From positions 4,406,882 to 4,466,994 of the forward strand of contig BFEA01000027.1 of NCBI GenBank assembly GCA_003427395.1: DNA of 60,113 nt, written 5' to 3'. The notes under the pieces are model-generated. The model had not been told where the DNA came from, made no database searches, and saw only the letters and a list, made by a program, of their open reading frames with translations. Shown piece by piece: positions 12,628 through 26,474 of this stretch (within the stretch, counting starts at the first letter, position 1; each line of letters starts with the position of its first letter). Position numbers and translations under genes: made by a program. The DNA comes from Chara braunii (lineage: Eukaryota; Plantae; Charophyceae).

Positions 12628-15600
12628 ATGGCCGACGGTGTGTCACACGCCGTCGACGCGGCGACGACCACGGCACCGGGCTCCACACCCGTGCCGGCGG
12701 TACAGGGCCTGCAGCCCCAGGGGGATCTGCACGACCTCCTCACTTCCCTCCTCGTGCCCATTCAGGCACAACTCGCGATCCTCGCACCCCTACAGGCGCA
12801 GGTGGTGACCCTTGCTGCCGACATGCAGCAACTCCAAGACGTTGTCTGTCCTTCATCTCCTGACTCTCTCTTTTCTTCTGGTTAGCAGTCCGGGTCCCCA
12901 GTCCTCCGACAGGGTGGCCACGGTGGAGCTTCCTCCTCCGCTGGCCCCGACCCGACCATCTTGGTGACCGTCCACGCCCCTAGCACGACGGCCGCCACGA
13001 GCCAGACCCTCCCTCAGTCGACGGGCGCACCCGCCCAGATTCCGATCACTACGGCCACGAGGCCACAACCCGCTACCATGGTCTTAGCTTTTCCGGGTGC
13101 CCCGCTTCTCCCTCCCCTTCGCATGACCGCAGCGCCACCTGACTCTCCCCCCTCTAGGATGCCCCGCGCCGCTCGTGCGTCCACTTCCTCCACTCTTCCT
13201 CCTGCCATTCCTCGCTCAATCTACGTCCAACGTCTCGAGGACGAGCTTGCCCAGATCCTGGTCGACCTCGCCCTCTTACGCCTTCAGCCAGCCCCACCCT
13301 CACAGGTGGCCACAACTTCGAGTGCACCCCCTCCTTCCTCTACCCTTCCTTCCATGTAGGCTCGCTTCCCTCGCCCTGCACCTTATCCAATCCCATCCTA
13401 CCTTCTTCTCATTCCCCCGGTTGCTGGTACCTCTTCTACTGCAGCTCCCTCGCAGCCTGCCGCTGTTGCCCCCGCCGCTCCCCCGTGCGGCCCAGGCGAG
13501 CAGTCGGTTGCACCCCTTTTTCCAGAACCTGCGCCGACTTACTCAATCGTGGCACAGACCTCTGCTCCTCGATCCCCTCGCCGCCAAAACGGTGGCGCAC
13601 CACTCGTCCGCTTGACAGGCATTACCTTGTATGACGGTACAGGCATACACGTGTCTCGGTGGCTACACTCTGCCACCCGCACCCTTCAGCTCATGGGCGC
13701 CCCACCTGACACGTGGGTGGGTCACCTCTCCACGCGCCTGCGTGGCGGTCCTTTTGACGTCGGGGAGGATTTTTACGCTACTCCCTTTATGCGGGTCGGA
13801 CTCCGACCTTCATGGATTTCCAGGCGTTCCTCGAGGATCACTTCGGAGCCCGACATGACGTGACTGACGCCTTCGAGTGTGTCGTCACTACACGTTGGTC
13901 CGGCTCTGGTGGCGCTGCCGGATTGGATCGCCACATCCAGGTCTTTCAGGACGCCCGCCTCATTTGTGACGTGGCGTTCCTCCCCGAGGCTACCCTTATC
14001 GATCGTTTCTTGGCCAGCCTTCCGCTCGAGTACCGCTTCGAGTTATGGCGGTACGAGTTCACATCGGCCCCACAGGCTTACGAGGCCGCCAGGGACCATC
14101 AACGGATGAGGGTCCGTTTTCACCCCGCCTCCTCCTCCCAGCCTCAGCGCACTGGCTACGCCTCCTCCTCCTCTCACGGCACTTCCCAGCGTTGTTCCCC
14201 TTTCCGCGGTCGCCCTCGCCGTTCCGCGCAGCAGGGCCGCCACTTCTCGCGCCGCTTCAGCGCGCTCGAGTATGGTGAGCAGCGCTGTCCCCCGAGGGTG
14301 ACCATAGCGACGACCTCGACCTCGGCGAGGCCGTCCACTACCACTTGGAGGACTCTACTCTCTCTATGGCCGAGCGCCTCTAGCTCATCCTCTCCGCCCT
14401 CTCCTGGGCACGCAGACGCCCCGGTCACGCTGGCGTGTCGCCCCCCGAGGTCCCTCGACAGGACCTTCCTGAGGGCTTTGTCCCTCCTCGCGGTGTCCTT
14501 TCCGCCGAGGAGCGCGCGGCTATCTTGGGCCGGCGTGGGTGTTTGCGATGCCGCCAGGACGGTCATACCTCCTCGCGGTGCCCTTACACCACCGCCTTTG
14601 ACCGCCACTACGCTGACCTTTCCCGCCAGCGTCGTGCTCAGTCCCCCCTCGATGCCTCCTAGCCACGGTGCAGTGTGCACATGCGCCCTCCTCAGTAGTC
14701 GGCTTCCCGACATCCCTGTCGCGGTTTGCCCCTCTCGCTACTGGAGTTGAGGTCTCGCAGGACCTGATAGAGTGTACTCAGCCCTCTGTCGCAGTACCGT
14801 CTGCGCCTTCGCAGACCACCGTATCCCCTCCTACCCCGCCACGACTACCGACGCGTCGAGCCATTTGCTCAGCCCGTTGCAGCGAGCAGCTCGCTACTCG
14901 CGAGGACGTTGTATCCTCTCTTCTGGACTTGAGCATGCTCCAGGCTCGTCATGAGCGACTCACGCTCCATGTCGCTGCACTGCGTCGCCTTCTCGCCATC
15001 CTCTCTGACCCTGATCGCACCCTCCCGATCATCTTCTTACGACTGGGGACCTCCACGAGGGTGTACTCAGCGTTGTGGGATTCCGGTTCGCAGGGCGACT
15101 TCATTCACCCACGTGTGGTGAAAGAAGCCCGCTTACCCACGACAGGGTCTCTGACTTCCATCTCCGTCACCCTAGGGGAAGACAAGACCCAGCGCTTCTT
15201 CGATCAGACGGTTACCGACTTCCCTTTCTTCCTCACTCTCGAGCCGACTGATCGTCCCCCGGCGTCTCGTCGCCACCGCTCCTCCGCCACGACTTTTTTC
15301 TCGGTACTCCGTGGTCGGATCGGTTCCGCAGCATCGAGGCCGATTGGGCGACCAACACTTTCGTTCTCAAAACGAAGTGTGGACAAACGTATCGCGTACC
15401 TTTCATAGGTACCACTGCGATACCACGCCCCGATCCTCCTCCCCCGAAGCCTTCTGCGCCCACACCATCTCCTTCTATCATTGTCACCTCACCTCGGCAG
15501 TTTGCTCACTTCATCCGACAGGACGACGTCACCTTCTTTATGGTGAACGTGACGGATCTCTTACACTATGACCCACCCTGTCCCGATGCCGAGCTCATCC

Positions 15601-18025
15601 CTCTGGAGCCAGATCCTCCTTCTATCTCCATGGCTCCCATCTCTACTTTCGTCCCTCCGCCGTCCGTCGAGTCCACCCCGCCGTCTCGCGCTGACGCTGA
15701 CGCTGAGGAACTCGCACGATATACGACCGATCTAGAGCCCGCAGTTCGTGACCTCATTCGAGAGTACCACGACGTTTTCCCATCGTCGTTCTCGTACGCT
15801 GGCATCCCACCGATGCGCGACGTCAAGCACTCCATCCAGCTTGTGCCTGACTATCGTGTTCACCACCAGGCACCCTACAGACTCTCGATCCCCGAGGCCA
15901 CCGAACTCCAGCGTCAGCTTGAGGAGCTCCCGAGACAGGGTTTCATTAAGCCCAGCAACTCCCCGTGGGGTGCACCCGTCCTCTTTGCTCGCAAAGCGGA
16001 TGAAATTCTCCGTCTCTGCATCGACTATCGAGGTCTCAACCGCTACACGGTTAAGAACAGCTACCCCATGCCTCGTTCCGATGAGTTGTTCGACCGCCTA
16101 GCAGGCAACCGCTTCTTTACGAAGATTGATCTTTGTAGCGGTTACCATCAGATCCGCGTCGCTGCAGCCGACCAGCCGAAGACAGCGTTCCGATCGCGCT
16201 TCGGGCACTACGAGTTTACAGTGATGCCATTCGGCTTCACCAACGCACCCGCTACCTTCCAGAGGGCGATGAACGACATCTTCAGGGACATCCTGGAGCA
16301 GTACGTTCTCGTCTACCTCGACGATATCCTAGTTTACAGTCGTACCCTTGAGGAGCACCTCAGACACCTCCGCGATGTCCTTGACCGCTTGCGCAGACAT
16401 GACTTCTACGCCAAGCTGAGCAAGTGCCGCTTTGCCCAACACAAAGTGAATTTCTTAGGACACTATGTGTCTGACCAGGGTCTCCACATGGACGACGCGA
16501 AGATCACTACTATTGCTGAGTGACCCGTCCCCACATCCGCCAAGCAGCTTCGCAGCTTCCTAGGCCTTACCAGCTACTATAGTAATTTCATCCAGGGATA
16601 CTCTAGGTATTCCTACGTCCTTACCTCCACCCTCCTCCGGAAGAACCCGCCCTGGGCTTTGACACCCGGTCACACCCCTCCACGAGGACGCCTTCCGCGC
16701 CCTCAAGAAGGCGGTGATATATGCACCGGTTCTTCACCTACCCGATTTTGATCGCCCTTTTATCCTTACCACCGATGCGTCAAACTTTGTTGTAGGAGCA
16801 GTGTTTTCTTAGATTTTTCCCTCCTCTCCTGATTCCTCTCATCCTCGTATCCCTCGCTTCCCACCACCTACCCCTTCCCGACTGACGCCTACTCGTCCAG
16901 CTATTGGCGAGCCTTCTCTTGACTATTCTCCTACCATCCCCGAGGACGGCACTGTCGAGTCTCGCTTAGGTGATTGTCTGATAGCCTTCTACTCTCGTCA
17001 GCTCCTGCCTGCCGAGACAAACTACACCGTTGATGAACGTGATGTTATCGCAGTAGTCTATGTCGCTCGGCACTGGCGTCACTACCTGCACGGGGTACCA
17101 CTCACAGTGCACACGGACAACTCTGTTGTCCGGGCTTTTCTGACAAAACCGAAGCTCACTCCTCGACAAGCTCGCTGGTGGCGCAACCTATCCGAGTTTA
17201 GTTTCACCACTGAGCACATCAAGGGTGAGACTAATCGGGTCGCAGATGCCTTATCCCGGTGCCCTGACCACGATCAGGAGCAGATCCAACTCGCTTCCAT
17301 CTCGATCACCTCCGTCACCCACTCGGTGATCGACGAGTTTCGCACTTAGTACCGCCATTGCCCCGACTATCGCGACATCCGCGTAACCCTTCGGAGTGGC
17401 AAGACCATCCCGAACTACTCTCTCGGGGATAACGGTCTTGTGTACTAGCACGGTTCACAGGGCACCAGAGAGCCCCGTATTTGCGTTCCCTCCATTGGAC
17501 AGCTACGTGTCCGGGCAGTAGCAGAGTTCCATGATCAGGCTGTCGTCGGTCATATGGGCTTTCACAAGACGTTGGCTCGTCTGAGCTGCCTGTACGTCTG
17601 GCCGAAGCACAAGAACTTTGTGAAGGACTACGTCGCAGAGTGTCCCACCTGTCAGGAAGTGAACAGTGCGAACTACCTGCCTTATGGTTTGCTTCAGCCT
17701 CTTCCTATCCCTGAGGGTCGTTAGCAGTCCATCTCGATGGACTTTATCGGTCCTCATCGTCCTCCTACCCCCCGCAGTCATGATGTTATCCTGGTCGTCG
17801 TCGACCACTTCACGAAGCGTGCAGGCTTTGTTTCGTGTCGCTATGCCATCAGTGCACATGAGGTCGCCGACATCTTATTTGACCGAGTCGTGCGTGACCA
17901 CGACTTACCTCTGAGCATCATATGTGACCGAGACCCGCGCTTTACCAGCTGATTCTGGCGACGCCTCCACGAGGTTTACGGCACTCAGCTCCGCTTCTCC
18001 TCGTCTTACCATCCTCAGACTGATG
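12628..18025 (+). mobile_element. Ty3/Gypsy chromovirus-type retrotransposon, 5' part (gag-PR-RT-RNaseH-IN N-terminus), decayed
   Basis: Gag zinc knuckle CLRCRQDGHTSSRC (~14540). Protease ALWDSGSQGDFI (~15070). RT LCIDYRGLN, KIDLCSGYHQ, MPFG, YLDDIL (15540-16523). RNase H LTTDAS and RVADALSR. Integrase HHCC motif and SMDFI...SSYHPQTD. Multiple stops and frameshifts. Confidence 0.95.
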
Positions 18026-18279
18026 CTATGAATACCCCCCGACGGTGCACAGGCGCGGCCAAGTCCGCGGCCGCGGACGAGGCCGCAAGCCCGCGGACGC
18101 GTCCGCACGGCTTTCGCGCCACGTGGCAGCCAGAGGGGAGGGGGTCTCGGGATTCGGGAACCGCCATTCGGCGACGCAACCCCTGCTCCACCCCCCCACA
18201 CAAAAAAAAATGGAAAAAAAACATCTTTTGGTTGGAGGTGTCGAGCGCATCGGTCCCGCACGGGGACCCTCCCGGCCGC

Positions 18280-21200
18280 GTCACGCAGGATTTGGCAGGA
18301 CTTGTCAAGGAGAGCGTTTGTCGCTCCGGCTGAGTGCGCCAGCCGTACCTCTCGCGAGCCCCTACGACAGGACAGGGTCACGCGAGGCACCGCTTACCTC
18401 CACCTGCGGGAGTTGTCACCATCCCTTAGGTGGACGTATCCCCGCCGAGCTACTGAACCACATGCGAAAGCTTTTCGTATGCAATTGCAGAGGTGGCCCA
18501 GCCGAGGGCGTTTCTCGCTCGTTGTAGCATAGGGGGTACGCGCGGTCGAACGCCCAGAATCGAACCCGTACACGAATCGACGCACTGGGGGGCTGAAGTC
18601 CCAGACACGATCCGACGCCGGTCGACTAGGACGCGCTACACATACCACGCGTTACGCCACAATACTCACACTTACCAACACATAATACGTGAGAACACAC
18701 CATAAACAACACCACAACGCAACAATCTCCTAGTCCCTTTAGTATCCGACCCATAACTCTTTGCAGTCAAACTCAGATAGGTATCGCGCGCTGGGCTTTC
18801 GTATAAAAGTCGAACGAGCGCACGGCCTTCTCATGTCAACCAGCCGGCCTTCTCATGTCAACCAGCCATGTGGACATACGCAATCATTCGCGTTGATGGC
18901 GTACTACGTGGTACTCGTAGCCCCGTGACCCTTGATAATCTCGAGGGTCGCGTTCGACACTCAAGTGTGGGCTGACATGCGCTTTGAGGGGTAATCTCTC
19001 GACGCCAGACAACCGCCATGTACGGTTGAAGACCACACCCTCTTCTGCACCCTATGAGAGGGGTTGAGTAGACAACTCTAAGTTGTCGTGGCGGTCAGAT
19101 ATCAAGGGGTTTGACTTTGACGGCTGCCACGGACTATAACGTCCAACCCTTATAACTCTAAAAAGAAAAAGGTCAAATGGGACCTTCCTTTTCTCTCAGT
19201 GCAAACTTACTTAATCACTACGCACGGCCTCAATAAGTCGAACGGACACAAGAAACATGATATAGAAGTTATGAGATACGAGACAATCACTCTCATAATC
19301 ACGGTGTGGCTTCCTTCAAATATATATATACATAAATAATCATATGCAAAACCAAGTCTGGACTTCAATTCACAGAAGATACCTGCAATCACATCAAAGA
19401 TCCACATCAACAGAGCACACGCTACACGGGGTCAACTTCAACCATTCTTTACGCTCACACCCCTTGTTTTTGCCACACAAGCCTCACTCTCTGCGCAACT
19501 CTTAAAATAAAGTACTCAGTATCTTTAATAAATGGTCATTCAATTAAAGTCCAGGTGAAAACACAACAAATAAATCAAACCACACGGCTAAAGCCTTTAG
19601 GTTGAGTGGCAAGAGTGAATTAGAGTTGAGCCGGAAACCGACCTGTTATCAAAAGATAACAGGTATCAAAAGATAACAGAAGATGATCCCTGTAGGATCA
19701 GCTTGAAGATAGTCAAGCCTTGAATCAATCTGAATAAAGGTGACCTGCAATACAGCACAGGCCAAAGAAAAAGTACTACTTATGTTTATGCCAAGGGGGG
19801 AATACTCCCTAAGTCGTAGCCTAGTTCCACTACTAGTACCAAGTCACTGAGTACCTCCCCTATTCAGGACAGATCTGCTAAGTAGCTCATAGCTGAAAAA
19901 TATTATAACTCCTCAAATTCTACGAAATTTCGGCAGTGCTTCCCGTAGGAAGAGTGCCTTTTCAGAATTTCTACAAACTCAAAAACGAGTAACTCCTCTA
20001 GATTTGTAGAAATTTCGGCAGAGCTTCCCATAGGAACAGGAGGCTGCCAAGATTTATACGAAGCTGAAAAGACAGCAAGACAAAGCAAACTACACTTGGG
20101 ACTATGTTCTGACACCTTCTTGATGATTCAGGATCAATGATAGCCAGCACGACCTCTAGATGAGATTGTGAGTTAGCATTGATCCTAGCCCCTGACAGAG
20201 TCAATCCTATCTTCATCCAAAGTTCTCCCTCCCATCATCCATCTGATCTACCTATGGCTCCATCACCTGGCGAGAATCTACAACAACTACTCTATCAAAA
20301 AGAATACCCCAGAGATGACCTTCAAAAACATGCATAGGTGAGTGCAACAACATCTCTTACCAACCCTCAAGTTCTTTTTCAGGTCACATAGTTCGTTCAA
20401 AAACCCTCATTATTCCCTTTTTACCCTTCCTTACATAAGACATAGGGTCAGTCAACCCAACTTATGGATGTGACTGACCTGCCAATTTATATAACTAGGT
20501 CACACCAACTTATGGTGCCCTAGCCTGGTAACACAAATATACGTACGCATAAGACCAAACCACACCAACTTATGGTGTGACCAGTTTCTGCAAAATGATT
20601 GACATAAGGCGTATGACCGGCCGCACCAACTCATGGTGAGACTGGTCAGCCTGAACGTTCAACATACACATAGAACTGAACCTCCTCAACTTATGAGGGG
20701 TCAGTCTCTGCCTAAACAAAAACAAACGGCATATGGCCAAACACAACAACTTATGTTGTGTTCGGCCAGCCCACACGGTTACATACGGCGTAGAGTCAGG
20801 CTACCCAACTCATGAGTAGTCCAGCCTAGCCTAGACATAATCACATGCGCGAAGAACTGAACAGCCCGCAACTTATGCGTTCGCCCGACCTTCGCAATAC
20901 AACCATGTTCAACTTATGGACATAAGGCATAAAACTTACCTCAACAACTTATGTTGTGATAAGTCTCTGACTAAACAAAATGACATAAGGCATATAACCA
21001 GGGCGCACCAACTTATGGTGAGACCTGATCAGCCTAACTCTCGGCATATACAAAAAAACTGAACCACCTCAACTTATGAGGAGTCCAGCCTTTGCCTGAA
21101 TGAACGAAAAACATATGCCCAGACACAACAACTTATGTTGTGCCTGACCAGCCCATACAGTGACATATAGCATAAGACTAGGCTACCCAACTTATGAGTA

Positions 21201-22671
21201 GTCTAGCCCCGCCCAAATAACAACAAGCGTGTATGACCGAACAACCCGCAACTTATGCGTTCGCCCGGCCTCCGCAACACAACTACATCCAATAGATAGG
21301 TTTCACAATCAGATTATGTCTTCAGACGAGTGGCCAGGTCACCTCAACTTATGAGGATCCCCACCCAAACGTCATATATGTTTAGAAAAAGGAAAATAGT
21401 CAGACTTTATATATCTCTCTATTTTCGTGTTATCAAGGTCATAGGACCAACTACCCAACTTACGGGTGAGTCAGCCTGCCCACAGTTACCACACCAGTTT
21501 GTATTGTTCATCTTCTTTCCCTCTGCTTTGTCTTCTACCGGCTTATATGGCTGGATCTCCCAACTCATGGCGTCCAACCTGCCATGAATATAAAATAATA
21601 AATAATGTATCACTTTATATGCTCTGATTCTCTTAGTGATGGCGGCTCATGACTTGACCACACCAACTTATGGTGCGAATAGTCTCGCTTGAAACAATAA
21701 AGCATAAGACCGAGTCACACCAACTTATGGCGTGGTCAGCTTCTGCCTAAACAAATAACGTAAGGCGTATGACCGGGCCCCACCAACTTATGGTGAGACT
21801 TGTCAGCCTAAACTTTCGGCATACACAAAGAGTTGGACTACCTCAACCTATGAGGAGCCCAGCCTTTGCCTGAACAAGCGACGAAAGGCATATGACCAGG
21901 CACAACAACTTATGTTGTGCCTGACCAGCCCATACAATTACATACAGCGTAGAACTAGGCTACCCAACTCATGGGTAGTCTAGCTTGCCAAATAACAAGT
22001 AAAACAAGTGCGAGAGACTGAGCAGCCCACAACTTATGCGTCCACCCAGCCTCCACAACATATTTGACATCTCTGTGTTCTCTGACTTCGCACTGATAAT
22101 CTTGATTAAACCAATACATATTTGTCAGTTTACTTTGCAAATCAGTCCTGAATTCAAACAAGCAAGGAAATACAGTTCTCTTTTTCAGTCATACTTACAG
22201 TCAGGCCAATAGCAATAGGGTAATATAGTTTAATGATAGGATCACACGCGTAAATCGAGGGTTATACCTGAGTGTTCCCTGCCTCCAGAACCCCGGGCTC
22301 CGGCAGAGCTCCCGCAATCGGTGGGGCGACCTCCCACAGACGCCTTGGCGCGGACCTACGGGTTTCAATCCCGCCTGCCGCCTTCCTCTCGTAACCAAAG
22401 GACTAGACTGAGACTGAGAAAGGCAGGAAAAGAAAGTTCATGCTCTCAGATACAAGAGAGGTGCGCTCAAGCTCACTAGAGAGGGCCTTGTTATCTTGTT
22501 ACGCCTGAGGGCCCCGCAATGATGGCCAAAAATAACGCAGCCGGAACGCTCCGATCACGACCAAACTCAAGGTAACAGCCCCTAGGCGGCCTCTAATACC
22601 CCAGGCAATGAACCCCCCTTGTTAAGACTGACCTCACTCCCGTCGGCGCCACACTCTTCTTTCTTCTTGCT
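18280..22671 (-). mobile_element. Putative long LTR / noncoding portion of a nested minus-strand LTR retroelement
   Basis: Minus strand reads PPT-like AGCAAGAAGAAAGAAGAG followed by TGTGGCGCC at 22653. Two ctgccgaaattt motifs (~19925, ~20009) are shared with the host Gypsy leader. No credible ORFs. Left boundary and second LTR not found. Confidence 0.45.
20444..22045. repeat. Array of 25 hairpins with near-invariant C-AACTTAT-G loop, ~60-bp period
   Basis: Loops at 20458, 20506, 20566, 20627, 20687, 20747, 20806, 20869, 20910, 20945, 21009, 21070, 21129, 21188, 21249, 21345, 21456, 21561, 21664, 21721, 21784, 21844, 21906, 21965 and 22030, each flanked by complementary arms. Confidence 0.92.
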
Positions 22672-25071
22672 TAGCCTATGTGGCTGCTGCTCTCAGTGGG
22701 GAACAGTGTCCTGCTCAGCAGCAGCGCACAGCAAAAAACACCGCCCGACACACCAGCAGCGTACAACACACGACACTGTTTCGTACCGCAGCAGCTCACA
22801 GCAAGGCAACAATGCTCTACACAGCAGCCACACTTTGCTGTGTAACCCCAAAAGCCCGAGTACTGGGTGTTTGGCAAGTGACACCGTAGTAGCCCCTCAA
22901 AGGCACAATGATACCCAGTCGGTGTGCCGTGGCAGCCCGGTCCGGTAACAGCGGCGGAAGCTGCTACAGTCTTCTCAGGATTGCTGCAGCGGCCTAGTAA
23001 GGCTCCCTCATACACAGCCCGCAGCTGTAGCCTCTCGCAAGTAGTGATACAGTTCGTAGCCGCAGTGTACGACGTGCACAGCAGCAGCCCACAGCGGGAA
23101 CAGCCCACAGCCTGTGTGTAGCGGCGGCCAGCCCCCCTTCGCTATCCAGCATGAAGTTGCAGTCCTACCATTCCAACGGTTGCCAGTCTCAGAACAGCAC
23201 AGCCGCAATGAGCAGGGAGGCACACAGTTGTGAAGCTGCACAGGGTGCGGCAGCGGACAACATGCACAACCACTCGGTTAGCTACAGCCAGACCACCAGC
23301 TGTTGGCTTCCCCAAGGGCCCGCCGATCGTAGCAGCCCTCGACAAGCCCGACCACACCCCCAAGCTGCAGTGCCCCTGGTTCCGACTAGCTCACCACTAC
23401 ACCCCCTAGCTAGATTCGGCGCGCAACTTACTCAAACGGTATGCGGTAATCCCTGGGCAACACAGCAGAGGATCTCAAACAGCACCCATAGTAACTGCTG
23501 TGCCAGATACACAGCCGAAGTGAGAAACATGCTGCAAAGGCGAGTCAGCCGAACGCACAGCAACCATGCGGCCTCAATCAGCATAAGCCTGGTCAGGCAG
23601 TCAGCACCACACCACTGTTGAGAACAGCATCAGTACCGTTCTAGGACCTGCCTAAGAGCAACATCTGCACTCTCCGGTAGTACGACTCCGGCATGGGACT
23701 TAGCATCAGCAGTTCAGCCATCCGCACAGCCCGCGAGCCGAGGCACACCGGTCACCACTCCAGAATGCAGGCTGTTGCCCAAACGCAGTCTGTAGCCTCT
23801 GACGTAAGATAGCAACCTGAGAAGGTGACTTTAAACAATACTACGGGCAGCCCACCAAACTGCATGCAGATGTCCGCCGTGCAGACCGCCGTCGTGGCCA
23901 GGTACGTACCTTCACACCTTAACAGACCGCCGTTGTGGCCAGGTACGTACCTTCACACCTTAATCTTCATCTCCCCCTCTCTCAATGGCATGCATACACA
24001 CGCGCACCTTCTCTCAGTCGCTGCCCTGTTCGGCTTCAATTGAATCCTCCGCTAGAGGCGACCAGGGGCATGACCCAATGGAGATGGGCCTGATGACGGG
24101 TAGCGGGACCCGATGGCGACCACGGCAACGGTGGTGACGACGAGTCCACAGCCTCTGGGTGAAGGCCTCGGCCAAGACCACGCTGGCAGGACGACTACCA
24201 ATCGAGTGTCACCTGGGCGAAGCCCTGCCCCACCACTCACAAAATGTGCGAAATGGGTCATGGCCACGTTCAGCTCTATGGTGAGCGCCGCTCCATCTTG
24301 CTCTCCTGTTCTCCCTCTCTTGCTACTTCTCTTCGCAGGTGCAGGCGCTCCTTCGTTAGTAGCAGCGCCACGGCCTCAATCACTACGAGAACTGCAGCAC
24401 CTTAGATCAGCGAACAGGAACAGCAGCGGGTCACTACGAGCAACCACTCAACTACGCCCACCGGATTTTTACTAGCCAATAATGGATCTGACGCTGGAAC
24501 CTGGTCGAGTTCATGTGGTCGGCTTCCGTTAGCGGCCACCATGGCATATGTAACGACGAGTAGTGAACTCCTTCACGATGACGATGATGATTACAATAGC
24601 GGACTCAGCGAGGGGCAGCGCCCAACGACCAACCCCCGAGCGACCAACATCACACTCTTATGGGTGGTGATCTCCACAATATGCAGGAGCTTGGCGGATA
24701 CGTGGATGGAGCCGACCGTGATGGTGCCGAGCATAAGCAGGAATGGATTTCTAACGAAGAGCACGCCTAGGATCACGATTACTACGGGTACAAACGGTGC
24801 GTCCCCACTCTCCAACTCGTCAAAATGTGCAGGATGGGAACGTAATTTGAGAATGAACCTTTAGCTAGAACGTGGAAAGGTACATCTTCACTGCAGCGGT
24901 CCGCTGCTACGCTGCTCTTCATACGAGCAGATGACAATGAATCTCCCGCTAAGACCCGGGAGATACATCCACCTATTCTGTTTTATTCCGTTCGCCTTTA
25001 CTGGCACATCGCGCAGATTGACACCGTAACTGGACGTTCGGCTTATCCCGCATCGCCAGCTCTCAGGCATG

Positions 25072-25075
<4 letters not shown>

Positions 25076-25163
<88 letters not shown>
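25076..25163. repeat. (CT)n microsatellite
   Basis: Pure CT run. Confidence 0.97.
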
Positions 25164-25166
<3 letters not shown>

Positions 25167-26414
25167 ACCTGGTCACACTTGCGGTCGAATCCCACCGTAG
25201 CGACGACCATCGCAACGAAGACGTCGGCGGCCTATTCGAGGAGGAAATCTCCCCACTCTATTGCTCCCAAATATATGAAATGAGCATGAATCTCCCGCTA
25301 GAACTCGGGATGATACATTGCTATTTCCCCGAACCTTCCCGTTAGTGGCCGCGCAGCTGCTACCGCCCGTGCCGGCCAGACCACTCCTCAGATCCAAATT
25401 CTGACGCTGCCATCTGATCCGGAGCGCTCTGAAACCTCGGACTAGCATCCTCACGCGCCCAAAACGGTCAAGAAACGGCCTATTTCCACTCCCACCTTTT
25501 TCCCTCTCTCGACTCCATCGCGGACCCCTTTTCTCATCTAACTCTCTACCTACTAATCTAACACTATAACTAACGCCTCCATTGAACTCGCCCGGTCACA
25601 AAACCCCGGGATAGCATCCTGCCTTGCCCGTTTCCGTCGAGAAATGAGGAAGTTATGACTTTCTCCCTCTCCTTACTCCTCCCTCTGTCCGCCATCTCAG
25701 ACTTCGTCTTCGTCTTCTCCTATCTGGTCTGTATCTATCGCGGGACCACGTCCAGATTCATATCGGGCTTTGTCCTCTCTTTTGTCCTAAAATTGCTGAG
25801 ATCTAGACTGTCCGCTCCTCCTTTTCCACCATCTCTCCTGCTTCCGCCATCTGCGTCCGCCCAGTCCGACAGCCCCGTGAGAAGGTGAAGTACTCAACCT
25901 TCCTGCTGTTGGACTGCTGGGATCTTATACGAGCTCTACCGGGCTGAACCTGCTCCTACCCGACTATCGATAGAAGGGAAAGAAGCCAGGAGTGACAAAC
26001 TCCAATGCATGCACCCTGCCTGTTTTGGGGCCAGGTGCATCGGCTTTTTTTTTTTTTTTTTTTCTGAATGTATCTGGCACAGGTCCTGCGACAGATTCTT
26101 TTTGTCTTCCTCTGCATCTGTTGCCTCCGCCTCCCCGTCTCTTTTCTTCCCGTGGCAGTCTCCTTCGCCTCCCTCGAAGTGGCAGCCCCCCTCGTCTCCT
26201 TCCAACAACGAGTGCGACCGAAAGCAACCTGAGTGGGTCTCCACCACCCATTGTCTCATCTGTTCCTGGAGGTCAGGCCTTTATTTTAACAGTTGGTGGG
26301 TGTGCCAACTGAGCTGGCCAGTCGGTTCTACAGCCAGTCCCGGGGTGTCATCGTGGAACTGGCTGGCCCCTGGCAAATCAGAAATACTTGGTTTTACTCA
26401 TCAAGCTCCATTAT

Positions 26415-26474
26415 CTGGATTCGAACACAGGTCTGCATTTCTACAGCTCTGTGTGTACTAGCTGAGTTAAGCCC
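26415..26474 (-). mobile_element. tRNA-derived SINE head
   Basis: Minus strand ggcttaactcagctag (A-box-like) ... gtgttcgaatcc (B-box). Confidence 0.45.

Noticed and set aside
20444-22045. CRISPR array interpretation of the 60-bp periodic region
   Set aside because: The constant part is only the 9-nt loop motif, the variable parts are self-complementary and recur in higher-order blocks rather than being unique spacers, there are no cas genes, and the context is eukaryotic.
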